Of a DNA stretch of 64,000 nt, positions 54,546 through 64,000 are shown in pieces (within the stretch, counting starts at the first letter, position 1; each line of letters starts with the position of its first letter). The translations under genes were made by a program, and so were the position numbers. Below the pieces are notes generated by a model. It was not told where the DNA came from, did not search any database, and was given only the letters and a program-made list of their open reading frames with translations. The DNA is taken from positions 160,001-224,000 of the forward strand of contig CBDHDG010000004.1 in NCBI GenBank assembly GCA_965261595.1. Reading direction: 5' to 3'. This DNA comes from a bacterium. GTDB taxonomy: Bacteria > UBA8248 > JACPRG01 > G963555815.

Positions 54546-57500
54546 CCCGCATTTCCCATATGGATCATAAGTTTTGTCGGACCGAATGCCGTTTTCTCGT
54601 GTAAGATCAAGGTGTTGGCCTCTCCCTGCCATCATCTTGCGAGGGGACCCAATGGGTGAAGCGAAGAAGGGGGCTTTGAAGATCCGTTTTGACCGTCGGC
54701 TGAGGCTTGAGTTTCACGGAACCAGAATCACTTCGGATGCGGGATTGCTGGCCTGCCGGGAGCTGGATGATGCGCTGGGTTTGACGGTGAGAGCGCCAGT
54801 GCAATTGCAAGAGATCCGTCATGGCCGGAACATCCAGCATGAGTTGGCGCCGCTATTGCGCCAGTCGGTCTATAGCCGCTTGGCAGGGTATGAAGACACC
54901 AACGATGCCGAGCGGTTGGCCCAGGACCCCGCGATGCAAGCCGTGGTCGGCCGCCGAGCGCTTGAGAAGCAGGCGGCGGGCGCCAACACCCTGAGCCGGT
55001 TCGAGACCGAGGTTCTCACCAGGGAGGAGAATCTCAAGGGGCCGGAGCGAGCTGAACCGGGAGTGGGTGGACCGGGCCATGGCACACTCACCCCATCAGC
55101 GAATCATCCTGGACATGGACAGCTCGGAAAGCCCCGTCCATGGGGAGCAGGAAGGTACGGCCTACAACGGCCACTTTCGTTGCACCTGTTATCACCCTCT
55201 TTTTTGCTTTAACCAGTTCGGGGACTGCGAAGGGGCGATGTTGCGCCCCGGCAACGTGCACAGCGCCGATGGCTGGCGCGAGTTGCTTTCGCCCATCGCG
55301 GCCCGGTATGAGCGGGCGGGTGTTCGCCGTTACTTCCGAGCCGATGCCGCCTTTGCGCGCCCGGAGGTTTATGAGTGCCTGGAAGCGCACAGCTTCCATT
55401 ACGCCATCCGCCTTCCCGCCAACGACGTGGTGCAGCGAGAGATCGACTTCCTCCTCACCCGCCCGGTCGGTCGCCCGCCCAAGAGACCCATCATCTTCTA
55501 TTACGACTTCCGGTATCAGGCTGGAAGCTGGGACCGTTCCCGGCGGGTCGTGGCGAAGGTGGAATGGCACTCAGGCGAACTCTTCCCTCGCGTCGGATTC
55601 ATTGTCACGAACCTGACGGCTCGACCCGAGGGGGTCGTGCACTTCTACAACCAGCGAGGCACAGCCGAGCAATGGATCAAGGAAGGCAAGTACGCCCTGA
55701 ACTGGACACGCCTTTCCTGTCACCGGTTCGTGTGCAACCAGGTGCGGCTCCTTCTCTTCGTCCTGGCGTACAACCTGGGCAATTTCCTGCGCAGGCTAGC
55801 CTTGCCCAGGGGGCTCAAGCACTGGTCGCTCCGAAGCCTCCAGGTCAAGCTCATCAAAATGGGCGGGAGGATTGTGCGGCACGCCCGGCAGATCATCTTT
55901 CAATTGGCCGAAGTAGCGGTGTCCAGGGAAGAGTTCGCCATCATCCTGGACCGAATCAACCGATTACGGCCGGTGCCGGTCTAACCTTGTGCAGAGGGTT
56001 CCCGGCAGCATGAGGTTCCCCCGCTCTAGGGTTTTGTTGGACACTCGATTGATCCATGATTCATGGAGAAAGGGGTGTCGCGATGAACGAACAAAAGCAA
56101 GAGGGGGCTTTGGCGGAGGGCGCCCGCAGGGCGAACGGAGCCAAGGCCCCAGGGCATCGCAGTGAGCGGGGTCGGTTCTCCTGCCAGCGCAAGCGGGAGG
56201 CGGTCCTGCGTCTTTTGCGGGGCGAGAGCCTGGAGACGCTCTGCCGCGAGTTGGGCACGACAGCGGCTCGGCTTTCCGCCTGGCGCGAGGCGTTCCTTCG
56301 CGGGGGCGAGGCGGCGCTCAAAGCCCGCCCGGCTCAAGGCCAAGGTGGGCGAACTCACGATGGAGGGCGAGGTCCTGCGGGAGAAGATCGACCGCCTGGA
56401 GGCCGGCCGCCCTTTAGCCGGCAGGAGGTGGAGGCGATGAGTCAGGCCCGCTTCACCTCCACGGGCAGAGCCTACGGCCTGAAGCGGGTGTGCGCCCTTT
56501 GGGGCTTGGCGCGCTCCACGGTCTACGCGCAACGGCGGCGAGAGGCGGTCCCCGTTCATGAACGCCCCACGCCCAATAAGCGCGGCCCTGTGGGCCCGTG
56601 CACCGATGCGGAACTCCTCGGCCACATCCGGCAGGTCCTGGAGGACTCTCCCTTCCATGGCGCGAGGGCTACCGCAAGGTGTGGGCGAGGCTGCGCTTCG
56701 CGGGCATCCGCACCAGCAAGGAGCGGATGCGTCGCCTGATGCGGGAGGCGGGGCTTCAGGCCCCCCACCGGGTGGGCAAACCCCGAGGTCCCAAGGCCCA
56801 CAACGGGACCATCCGCACCGAGCGGCCCGACCGAATGTGGGGCACGGACATGACGACGACGGTGACCACCGAGGAGGGGATGGCCTCGGTGTTCGTGGCG
56901 GTGGATCACTGCTCGGTGGACTGCGTGGGGATCCATGCGGCCAAGAGCGGCAACCGCTTCGAGGCCCTGGAGCCGATCCGGCAGGGGGTCGCCGAGCGCT
57001 TCGCCGGCTTGGAGGCGGACGTCGCCGAGGGGCTTAAAGTTCGTCACGACCACGGCCCCGCCTATCTGTCCGATGACTTTCAGCGGGAGATCGCCTACCT
57101 GGGCATGACCAGTTCGCCCAGCTTCGTGCGGGCGCCCGAGGGAAATGGCTACTGTGAGTGGTTTATCCGCATCTTGAAGGAGAATCTCCTGTGGGTGCGC
57201 TCTTTCGCCACCGTAGAGGAACTGCGGTGGGCGCTGCTTGAGTTCAAGAACCTGTATAACCATCATTGGATTCTCGAGGGCTACGGCTACCGAACGCCGG
57301 CCCAGGCAAGGCAGGAAAAACTCGCTCAAGTTGCGGAGGCCGCATGAGGTCGAATACCCTCACCCGAGTGTCCAATAACCCAGGGGCGGTCCAAGGTGAT
57401 TGGTTAACGGGTTGAACCGCGAATAAAGGGGACCGAAGGGCGAGGGTCCGCCTTTTGGGGCAGTCGATGGCCGTCAGCACCTTGTTGCGGAGGGTTGGAA

Positions 57501-57594
57501 GGCTCTTGACAAACCCATCGGAAGGGGATCAACTGGTTTTCATCGGGAAAGGGGACCGGAAACCACCCAAGCAAGTTGATATGGGAAATTCCGG
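54546..57594 (+). mobile_element. IS1380-family element, copy 2 (frameshifted transposase 54652-55984), carrying a nested IS
   Basis: Same IRs as copy 1, inverted orientation. Confidence 0.92.
56017..57393 (+). mobile_element. IS3-like element, copy D (orfA deletion, orfB frameshift)
   Basis: TSD AGGT; the empty site CATGAGGTGATTGG is present in IS1380 copy 1. Confidence 0.92.
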
Positions 57595-57951
57595 TTAAAA
57601 CAAGCATGAAGGGTATGCCTTTTCTCTAAATGGACTGAAAGACATCAAGGAACGGAGATGTTTGGACCTGGACCGCTATTTGTGCGGATACCAAACTCGT
57701 TCCCTCGTGGATGGCCGGTTATCGGACCCTGAAACACGCAAAAATCTTCTTTGGCGATTTGGTGGCTCGGTTAGCGAACCGTGTTCAACTGACAACCGAT
57801 GGTCACCGCTCCCATCTTCAGGCTGTTGAAGAAACCTTTGGGGCTGATATCGACTACGCTCAGTGGGTCAAGATCTACGGCCCTGAGCCTGAGGGTGAGT
57901 CGCGGTACAGCCCTGGGAAGTGCAACGGAGCGGAGAGACACAAGATTCAGG
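57595..57951 (+). pseudogene. captured internal fragment of an IS1-like transposase
   Basis: RVQLTTDGH...AVEETFGADIDYAQ.VKIY...RYSP..C.G. Confidence 0.7.
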
Positions 57952-58296
57952 TTAATGCCGTAACAGTTTTCGAAATCGATTCTGACGTGATCCATGATAA
58001 ATCCCCTGCCGCTCGCGGGGGTACCCCGCAGAACCTCATGGGCCGTATCATGCCGCAAATTTGTTGTTTAGTCAAGGTGATATACCCCCTATTCACCGGG
58101 TAACCCGGCAATACAGCCGAAATCCCGACAGATGTTGGCTTGAGAGAAGTCTAGGTCAGGGTGATGGGAGAGTCAATGAGATTGGCAATCTTATTTGTGG
58201 CAGTGTCGTCACATTAACCCAAATATATAAGTCCCATATTTTTCCCTCACCGGTTGAACCTACGGGAAGGATCACCGAAGGGCGGGACCCCGCGTC

Positions 58297-59970
58297 TTGA
58301 GCCATGGCGGCCGGCGAGGCAGCGCCCGTTTGGGGCTTCAAGAAGCCCTTGACAGGGCCATTGGAGGGGAGTCTGATCTTTTAGGGGGCCGGACATCGAC
58401 GGATATTGAAATGGAAAAAACCCGTGAAAAGGCTGAAGGAGTCATTTTAAGTGGTCTTCGCGGTAAAAAAAGGGATGGTCTTGTTTCCAGGCGCTTCAAC
58501 AGGCCCCTGTCCATTCGGCTGTCTCGATATCTGGCTCGATATCCTATTACGCCCAACCAGATATCATTTAGGCGATTGTAAAAGACATGACACCGGATTA
58601 GGCTGGTGTCGTGGACCTGAAGAGCTTTGAAGTCCTTGTAAAATCGGAAGCTACAGCGAGACGCCATCTGCTCATGGCGTGTCAGAAAAACGGGCGTAAA
58701 ATCTGCCCTCGTTGTGAGGGTCGAAAACGCTACGTTTTGGGCACGCGGGGGCGCTTTCGCTGCGCTGGGTGTCGGTACACCTTCGGGCCGTTCACGGGCC
58801 GCTGGCTGGGCCAACTTCGCCTCTCGGCCCGGCAGTGGCTTTGGGTGGTGAAGCTCTTTGAGCTGGAGGTCTCGGCCCGCAAGATGGCCCAGCAACTCGC
58901 CGTGAGCTATCCGACAGCGCTGCGGGCCGTGACGGCGCTCAGGCGCAGTCTTGTGGCCGGCACGCCGGGGGGACAGGAGCTTCTTCGAGGGGAGGTGGAG
59001 GCGGACGAGGCCTACTTCGGGGGCAAGCGCAAGGGCAAGAGAGGCCGAGGCGCAGCGGGTAAAGTCCCTGTTTTCGGCATATTGGAGCGGGGCGGCCGGG
59101 TGAAGGTGGAGGCGGTCGGCAACGTCAAGGCCCAGACCCTTTTGGCCTCCACCGTGAAGTTGGTCCGTCGGGGCAGCGTGGTCTATACCGACCGCTACCG
59201 GGTCTATGACGCCCTGATGTTCTGCGGCTATCGCCACTTGCGGGTGGATCATGATCGGCGCTTCAGTCGGGGCAAAGTGCACATCAACGGCCTGGAAGGC
59301 TTTTGGGCCTACGCCAAGGAGAGGCTCATCAAACATCATGGGGTGTCCAAAGAGCGGTTCCCCCTCTACCTGAAGGAGATGGAATTCCGTTACAATCACC
59401 GACACCAGGATCTCTTTCCCCTGGTGGTCCAACATCTCACTCAATTGGTGTCAAAACCTTTATAATCCCCATCATTTATATCTTTCCTGCTTTGCATCCT
59501 TGCCGCCGTGCTTTTTGCTACGGGGGGGTATGTAACACTTCTGTTGGGAGGGATACTTGCCCAATTCGCATCCATTGTTGACGGTTGCGACGGGGAGATT
59601 GCCCGGCTTAAATTTCAGAAAAGCGCCTATGGGGGTTGGTTTGATGCTGTTTTGGATCGATATGCCGATGCGTTTCTGCTCTTCGGCCTTACCTGGCATG
59701 CTTACACGACAGATACGCAACCTTTAGCGCTTTTTGCCGGATTCATGGCCATCCTTGGTTCATTTATGGTGAGCTACACGGCGGATAAGTATGACGCCCT
59801 CATGGCTAGCAAGATAAAGGGTAAGATTCGCATAGGGAGGGATATCAGGATCTATTTAATATTCTTTGGCGCTTTGCTCAATCAGGCTTTTTGGGTGTTA
59901 GTCTTTATCGCGGCCATTATGAATGCAGAAACCATAAGAAGGATATTGGTCTGTAGACCAATGAATAATC
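58297..59970 (+). pseudogene. CDP-alcohol phosphotransferase (IPCT/DIPPS-like C-terminal half), split by IS1595
   Basis: DGLVSRRFNRPLS...ITPNQISF|ISFLL...DGCDGEIARLK...GGWFDAVLDRYAD. Confidence 0.8.
58571..59470 (+). mobile_element. 900-bp IS1595-family element (transposase 58611-59465)
   Basis: IRs GGCGATTGTAAAAG..TGACACC / GGGGATTATAAAGG..TGACACC; 8-bp TSD ATCATTTA; VEADEAYFGG, HINGLEGFW, YLKEMEFRYN. Confidence 0.95.
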
Positions 59971-60515
59971 TAAAGCGCTTAAAAGATGAGATAAGAAGCA
60001 TTATATCAAGATCAAAAGTGCCTGAAGATCCTGTGCACGCTCAAAATACGTTGGAATGGCTGTTGAAATTCCAACCGGGTGCGGATGAAACATTGCTGAT
60101 TGCGGCCCTTGGACATGACATTGAGCGTGCGATGGAAGACAAAAAGGTGAGGCATGATCAATATGATGATTTTGATGATTTCAAGGCTGCCCATGCAGAA
60201 AACAGCGCGCGGATTCTAAAGAAGATCATGGAGGGTTTTGAAGTGGAAAAGGATCTTATAGAAGAGGTTTTCCGGATCGTATGTCATCACGAGACCGGAG
60301 GTGATCCCCGTTCCGACCTGATCCGGGATGCGGATGCTCTTTCGTTTTTTGAGGTCAATCTCCCGATGTATCTTGAGCGGGAAGGAGCGGAAAAGGCTTT
60401 AGAGCGGTGTCGATGGGGATATGAACGGTTATCCACGAAATACAAAGGCAAGATTAAAGAATTCAATTATGATAACCAGGAGATTCATCGTCTATTAAGA
60501 ATTCTAATCGTGTGA
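59961..60515 (+). CDS. HD-domain protein (DUF4202-like), in frame with the upstream phosphotransferase
   Basis: EDPVHAQNTLEW, AALGHDIER, KAAHAENSA, HHE, DADALSFF. Confidence 0.75.
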   Translation: MNNLKRLKDEIRSIISRSKVPEDPVHAQNTLEWLLKFQPGADETLLIAALGHDIERAMEDKKVRHDQYDDFDDFKAAHAENSARILKKIMEGFEVEKDLIEEVFRIVCHHETGGDPRSDLIRDADALSFFEVNLPMYLEREGAEKALERCRWGYERLSTKYKGKIKEFNYDNQEIHRLLRILIV

Positions 60516-61044
60516 AACGGTCATGTCAATCTACGAGTATCCGCATCTGAAAAAGACCTCTTAGAGATGAAAGACCTTTGAAGTTATCCTGTCGTTTTAC
60601 AATAATCCCCACATTTTATTGAGATTCGAAGGCCGGATATTTTTAATCTGTAACTTTAAATATATCTTGATAACAAATTGATGTAAAAGAGTTATTACTT
60701 GCATAAGATATTTTCATTTTCATGGATCACTCGAAGTTTTCCACAGGATGTTCAGGCGGACGCGCTTCGGCCTCTCCTTCGCCCCAATCCGAGACCGTTA
60801 AAGAAAACCACGAAGATCCGGGTTGTTTTCGAGAAAATTCTTGAAATGCGGCGCATTCATTGACTCGAAACTTCGGTTTGGTGCATCATTCGGGTGTATT
60901 TCCGAGTATAGGGGGAGTCTCGCGGTCATTGAAATGCCGCGCCCACCCCCCCCATCGGATCCGGGCGGACTGGCGAAGCAACCGGCCCTTGCTCCCCCTT
61001 TCCTCCTTCCCTCTCCCCCCTCTTCCCCATTCCAGAGGATTCGC

Positions 61045-61998
61045 ATGCCTCAATCCTACGAAACCCTTCGCAGATCCATCGAGGCCAAAGACCGGGGCAT
61101 GCGGGAGAAGGTCCACTCGCTGGAGGAGGCCGTTGACCTCATCCCAGAGGGCGCGCATGTGGCCGTCGGGGGGTGCCACTATTCCCGGACCCCCATGGCG
61201 CTTCTCTGGGAGATCATCCGCAAGCGGCGCAAAAACCTCTCCTTCTCCCGAAGCATCACCAGCACGGAAGGGGACCTCCTCCTCGCCGGTGACGTGACCC
61301 GGAACATCATGACCTCCTGGTTCAGCGCGGGCGTCACGTGGGGCGTATCCCGCGTCATGAGAGAATACATCCAGAGCGGAAGGGCGCGCTACGAGGAGTG
61401 GAGCCACCTGAGCATGGGTCTCCGCTACCGAGCCGGCGGCATGGGCGTCCCCTTCCTCCCGTCCCGCTCGATGATGGGAAGCGGCATCGCCGAAAGGCTG
61501 CCCGAGCTGAAAACCATCGAGTGTCCTTACACGGGCGAAACCCTGGCGCTGATCCCCGCCCTGAACCCCGATGTGGCCCTGATACACGTCCACCGGGCCG
61601 ACGCCTACGGCAACGCCCAGATCGACGGCCTGCCTTTCATGGACGCCGACATCGCCCTGGCGGCCGATAAGGTCATCCTTTCAACGGAGCGAATCGTCGA
61701 CAACGACCAGATCCGCCGATCGGCCGACCGGACGTTCATCTCCTTTCTATGCGTCGATGCCGTCGTCGAGGTCCCATTCGGGAGCATGCCCCACGAATGT
61801 TACGGCCTTTACGAGCCCGCGTTCAGCCATATCGACGCGTACTGCAAGCGAATCGCCGCCGATGGCGCGAAGGGAGCGAAGGCCTACCTGAAAACCCACT
61901 GTTACAGCCGGAACACCTGGGAGGACTTTCTGGAGAAAATCGGGACAAAGGCCCTCCTGGCCGCCTCCAAGGCCGGGCGGGAGCTGGATCATGGCTGA
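61045..61998 (+). CDS. CoA-transferase subunit A (glutaconate/3-oxoacid type)
   Basis: VGG.HYSRTPMAL, AGGMGVPFLP, PALNPDVALIHVHRAD.YGN. Confidence 0.88.
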   Translation: MPQSYETLRRSIEAKDRGMREKVHSLEEAVDLIPEGAHVAVGGCHYSRTPMALLWEIIRKRRKNLSFSRSITSTEGDLLLAGDVTRNIMTSWFSAGVTWGVSRVMREYIQSGRARYEEWSHLSMGLRYRAGGMGVPFLPSRSMMGSGIAERLPELKTIECPYTGETLALIPALNPDVALIHVHRADAYGNAQIDGLPFMDADIALAADKVILSTERIVDNDQIRRSADRTFISFLCVDAVVEVPFGSMPHECYGLYEPAFSHIDAYCKRIAADGAKGAKAYLKTHCYSRNTWEDFLEKIGTKALLAASKAGRELDHG

Positions 61999-62776
61999 TC
62001 AAGACACCCGAACCGGTTACAACGCCTCCGAGCTCATTTGCGTCATGAGCGCCCGGGCGCTCATGGACGGCGACGTGGTCTTCGGCGGGGCGGGCCTGCC
62101 GCTCGTCTCGGCCATCCTGGCGCAGAACACCCACGCCCCCCGGCTGACCATCCTCTTCGAAGGCGGCGTCATCGGCCCCCGGGTGATTCCTGGCAGGCTC
62201 CCCCCCTCCACGAACGAGGCCCGGTGCGCCTGGGGCGCCAGCAAGCTGCTCTCCATCACGGACGTCCTCCTGCTGATGCAGCGGGGCTATGTGGATTACG
62301 GATTCCTGGGCGGCGCGCAAATCGACCGGCACGGCAACCTGAACAGCTCGTTCATCGGCGACCCGGACAGCCCGAAGGTCCGCCTGCCGGGGACCGGCGG
62401 GGCGAACGACATCGCCAGCATGACGAAGGTAATCGTCGCCATGCGTCACGAGAAGCGGAGGTTCGTTGAAGACGTCGATTTTATTACGAGTCCCGGCTAT
62501 CTCAAGGGCGGCCGGTCACGGCAGGACGCCGGGCTTCCTGCCGGGGGGGTGCACTTGGTCATCACCCACTTGGGGCTCCTCGATTTCGACCGGAGACAGG
62601 GACGGATGCGCCTCAAATCCCTTCATCCGGGCGTAGATCCGCAGGAAATGCGCGAAAACACCGGATTCGAGCTCGTGATGCCCAAAAAGGTCCCCAAAAC
62701 GAAGCCGCCGACCGCGAAAGAGCTTTCGAGCCTCCGCGCCCTAGACCCCGACGGGCGGTACACCCGCCGCGATTAA
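61991..62776 (+). CDS. CoA-transferase subunit B
   Basis: ILFEGG, FLGGAQIDRHGNLNS, RLPGTGGANDI, FVEDVDFITSPG. Confidence 0.9.
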   Translation: MADQDTRTGYNASELICVMSARALMDGDVVFGGAGLPLVSAILAQNTHAPRLTILFEGGVIGPRVIPGRLPPSTNEARCAWGASKLLSITDVLLLMQRGYVDYGFLGGAQIDRHGNLNSSFIGDPDSPKVRLPGTGGANDIASMTKVIVAMRHEKRRFVEDVDFITSPGYLKGGRSRQDAGLPAGGVHLVITHLGLLDFDRRQGRMRLKSLHPGVDPQEMRENTGFELVMPKKVPKTKPPTAKELSSLRALDPDGRYTRRD

Positions 62777-63045
62777 CGGAAATTTTCATAACCACCTTGG
62801 TATTTCAGGCGAAACCGGATCCGCCGCCGCGAATTTCTCACCCCGGCCGGGATGACAGCGCCTGGCCGGCCCGCCTCCTTCCGCCGGAACGATGATTTAC
62901 ATTCCGCCTTTCCCTCCCCTCCTTTTGACCCGGGCGCCCTCCGCATTACGCCTTGAATCACCAAGCTCCATTTTTTCAAAAATTCCGGTCTTTTTCTCTA
63001 TAGCCCATAGGGGGATTGACCGATAAGGAATTGTGAGGCCAGAAG

Positions 63046-64000
63046 GAGTTACTGTCAAATCTGGTGTATGGGCGTCCTGAATCAAGCGGCTTCCCTGCCC
63101 ATCTCTCTCTCGTCAATCCCATCGATGAACTTCACGTCGGCGACCACGCCGGCCAGATGACGGAAGCCGCGTAGCCGACGCCAGCGTTTCTGGGCGCTCA
63201 TGGCGAGTTGATGCACGAGGCTCAACGCCGTCTTCTCGCTCAGGCAGTTCCTGGTCTTCACCGTTCGCAGCCGTATGGTCGCGAAGGTCGATTCGATGGG
63301 GTTGGTAGTCCGCAGGTGCTGCCAGTGAGCCGCCGGGAAGTCGTAGAAGGACAGAAGCGTCTCCCGATCCCTGGCCAGGCAGTCGGCGGCCTTGGGGTAT
63401 TTGGCTTCGTAGGTGGCGACGAAGCGCTTGAACGCCTCCTCCGCTCTCGCCCGTGTATCCGCCCGCCAGATCTCATGCAACATCGACTTCGCGCTGCCCT
63501 GAAGGCGTTTGGGAAGCTTGTCGAGCACGTTCGCCGTCTTGTGCACCCAGCAGCGCTGCGCCCGGGTTTCTGGGTACACCTCGGCCAGGGCCGACCAGAA
63601 CCCGAGCCCTCCGTCGCCCACCGCCAGTTTCGCCGCCTTCACCCCGCGGTCGCGCAGGCTCAACAGCACCGCCTTCCAGCTCTCCTTCGATTCCCGGAAC
63701 CCCGCATCCAGGGCCAGGAAGTGCTTGCAACCACGCACGTCGCAACCCACCACCACCAACAGACAACGCCGCTCCTCGCTGCGCACGTTCACGTATATCC
63801 CGTCCGCCCACAGATACACGAACTCCTCGCCTCCCCAGTCACGCTCCCGCCATTGGGCGTACTCGACCTCCCAGCCGCCCTTGAGACGTGCGACACTCGC
63901 CGCAGACAAACCCTTCACCGATTCGCCGAACAACGCTTGCAAGGCTTCCTCGAAGTCATTCGTCGATACCCCCTTCAGGTACAGCCACGGCACAACCGCT
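63046..64000 (-). mobile_element. IS256-family element (partial; transposase ends at 63082; left boundary approximate)
   Basis: YLWADGIY, VGDGGLGFW, QRCWVHK, LRTTNPIESTF. Confidence 0.92.

Larger units (their letters stand above)
52389..57995 (-). pseudogene. AAA/ABC-type ATPase gene broken into pieces (57995-57952, 54545-54223, 52818-52389); 3' part missing
   Basis: Reconstructs to MDHVRIDFENCYGI-KGLQRDFDFSNTQAYALYAPNGVMKSS...RATEA-AKAALLSAIK...NQKDL. Confidence 0.75.

Noticed and set aside
60540..60610. ...TTTTACAATAATCCCC resembling another IS1595 right end with a decayed transposase tail
   Set aside because: Too short and degenerate; no partner end or TSD found.
1..64000. tRNA or rRNA genes
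   Set aside because: None recognised by eye.

Overview
GC-rich bacterial chromosomal window (host not identifiable from sequence alone) with housekeeping genes (truA, tenA, csp, yggX-like, queF) and many accessory metabolic genes. These include a liv-type ABC transporter, putative N-heteroaromatic catabolism genes, a Mo-hydroxylase large subunit, UbiD, a CoA-transferase and a Rieske/cytochrome b/octaheme cytochrome operon. It is heavily invaded by IS elements: four copies of a 1.4-kb IS3-like element with 4-bp target duplications, two copies of a second IS3 element, two IS1380, two IS1595 and one IS256. Features the ORF track misses: (i) two likely selenoproteins read through in-frame TGA (a CUAEP-tail B12 radical SAM enzyme next to an ATP-grasp gene, and a CxxU AhpD/CMD protein with a SECIS-like hairpin); (ii) a 908-bp transposase-less cassette with ~85-bp IS1595-type inverted ends, an 8-bp target duplication and tandem NrdR-box-like motifs, inserted right at the queF start; (iii) an ISEcp1-like one-ended IS1380 transposition unit that carried 357 bp of foreign DNA into an AAA-ATPase gene; (iv) a bactofilin-DinB fusion. 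Several single-base frameshifts may be assembly errors rather than pseudogenes.
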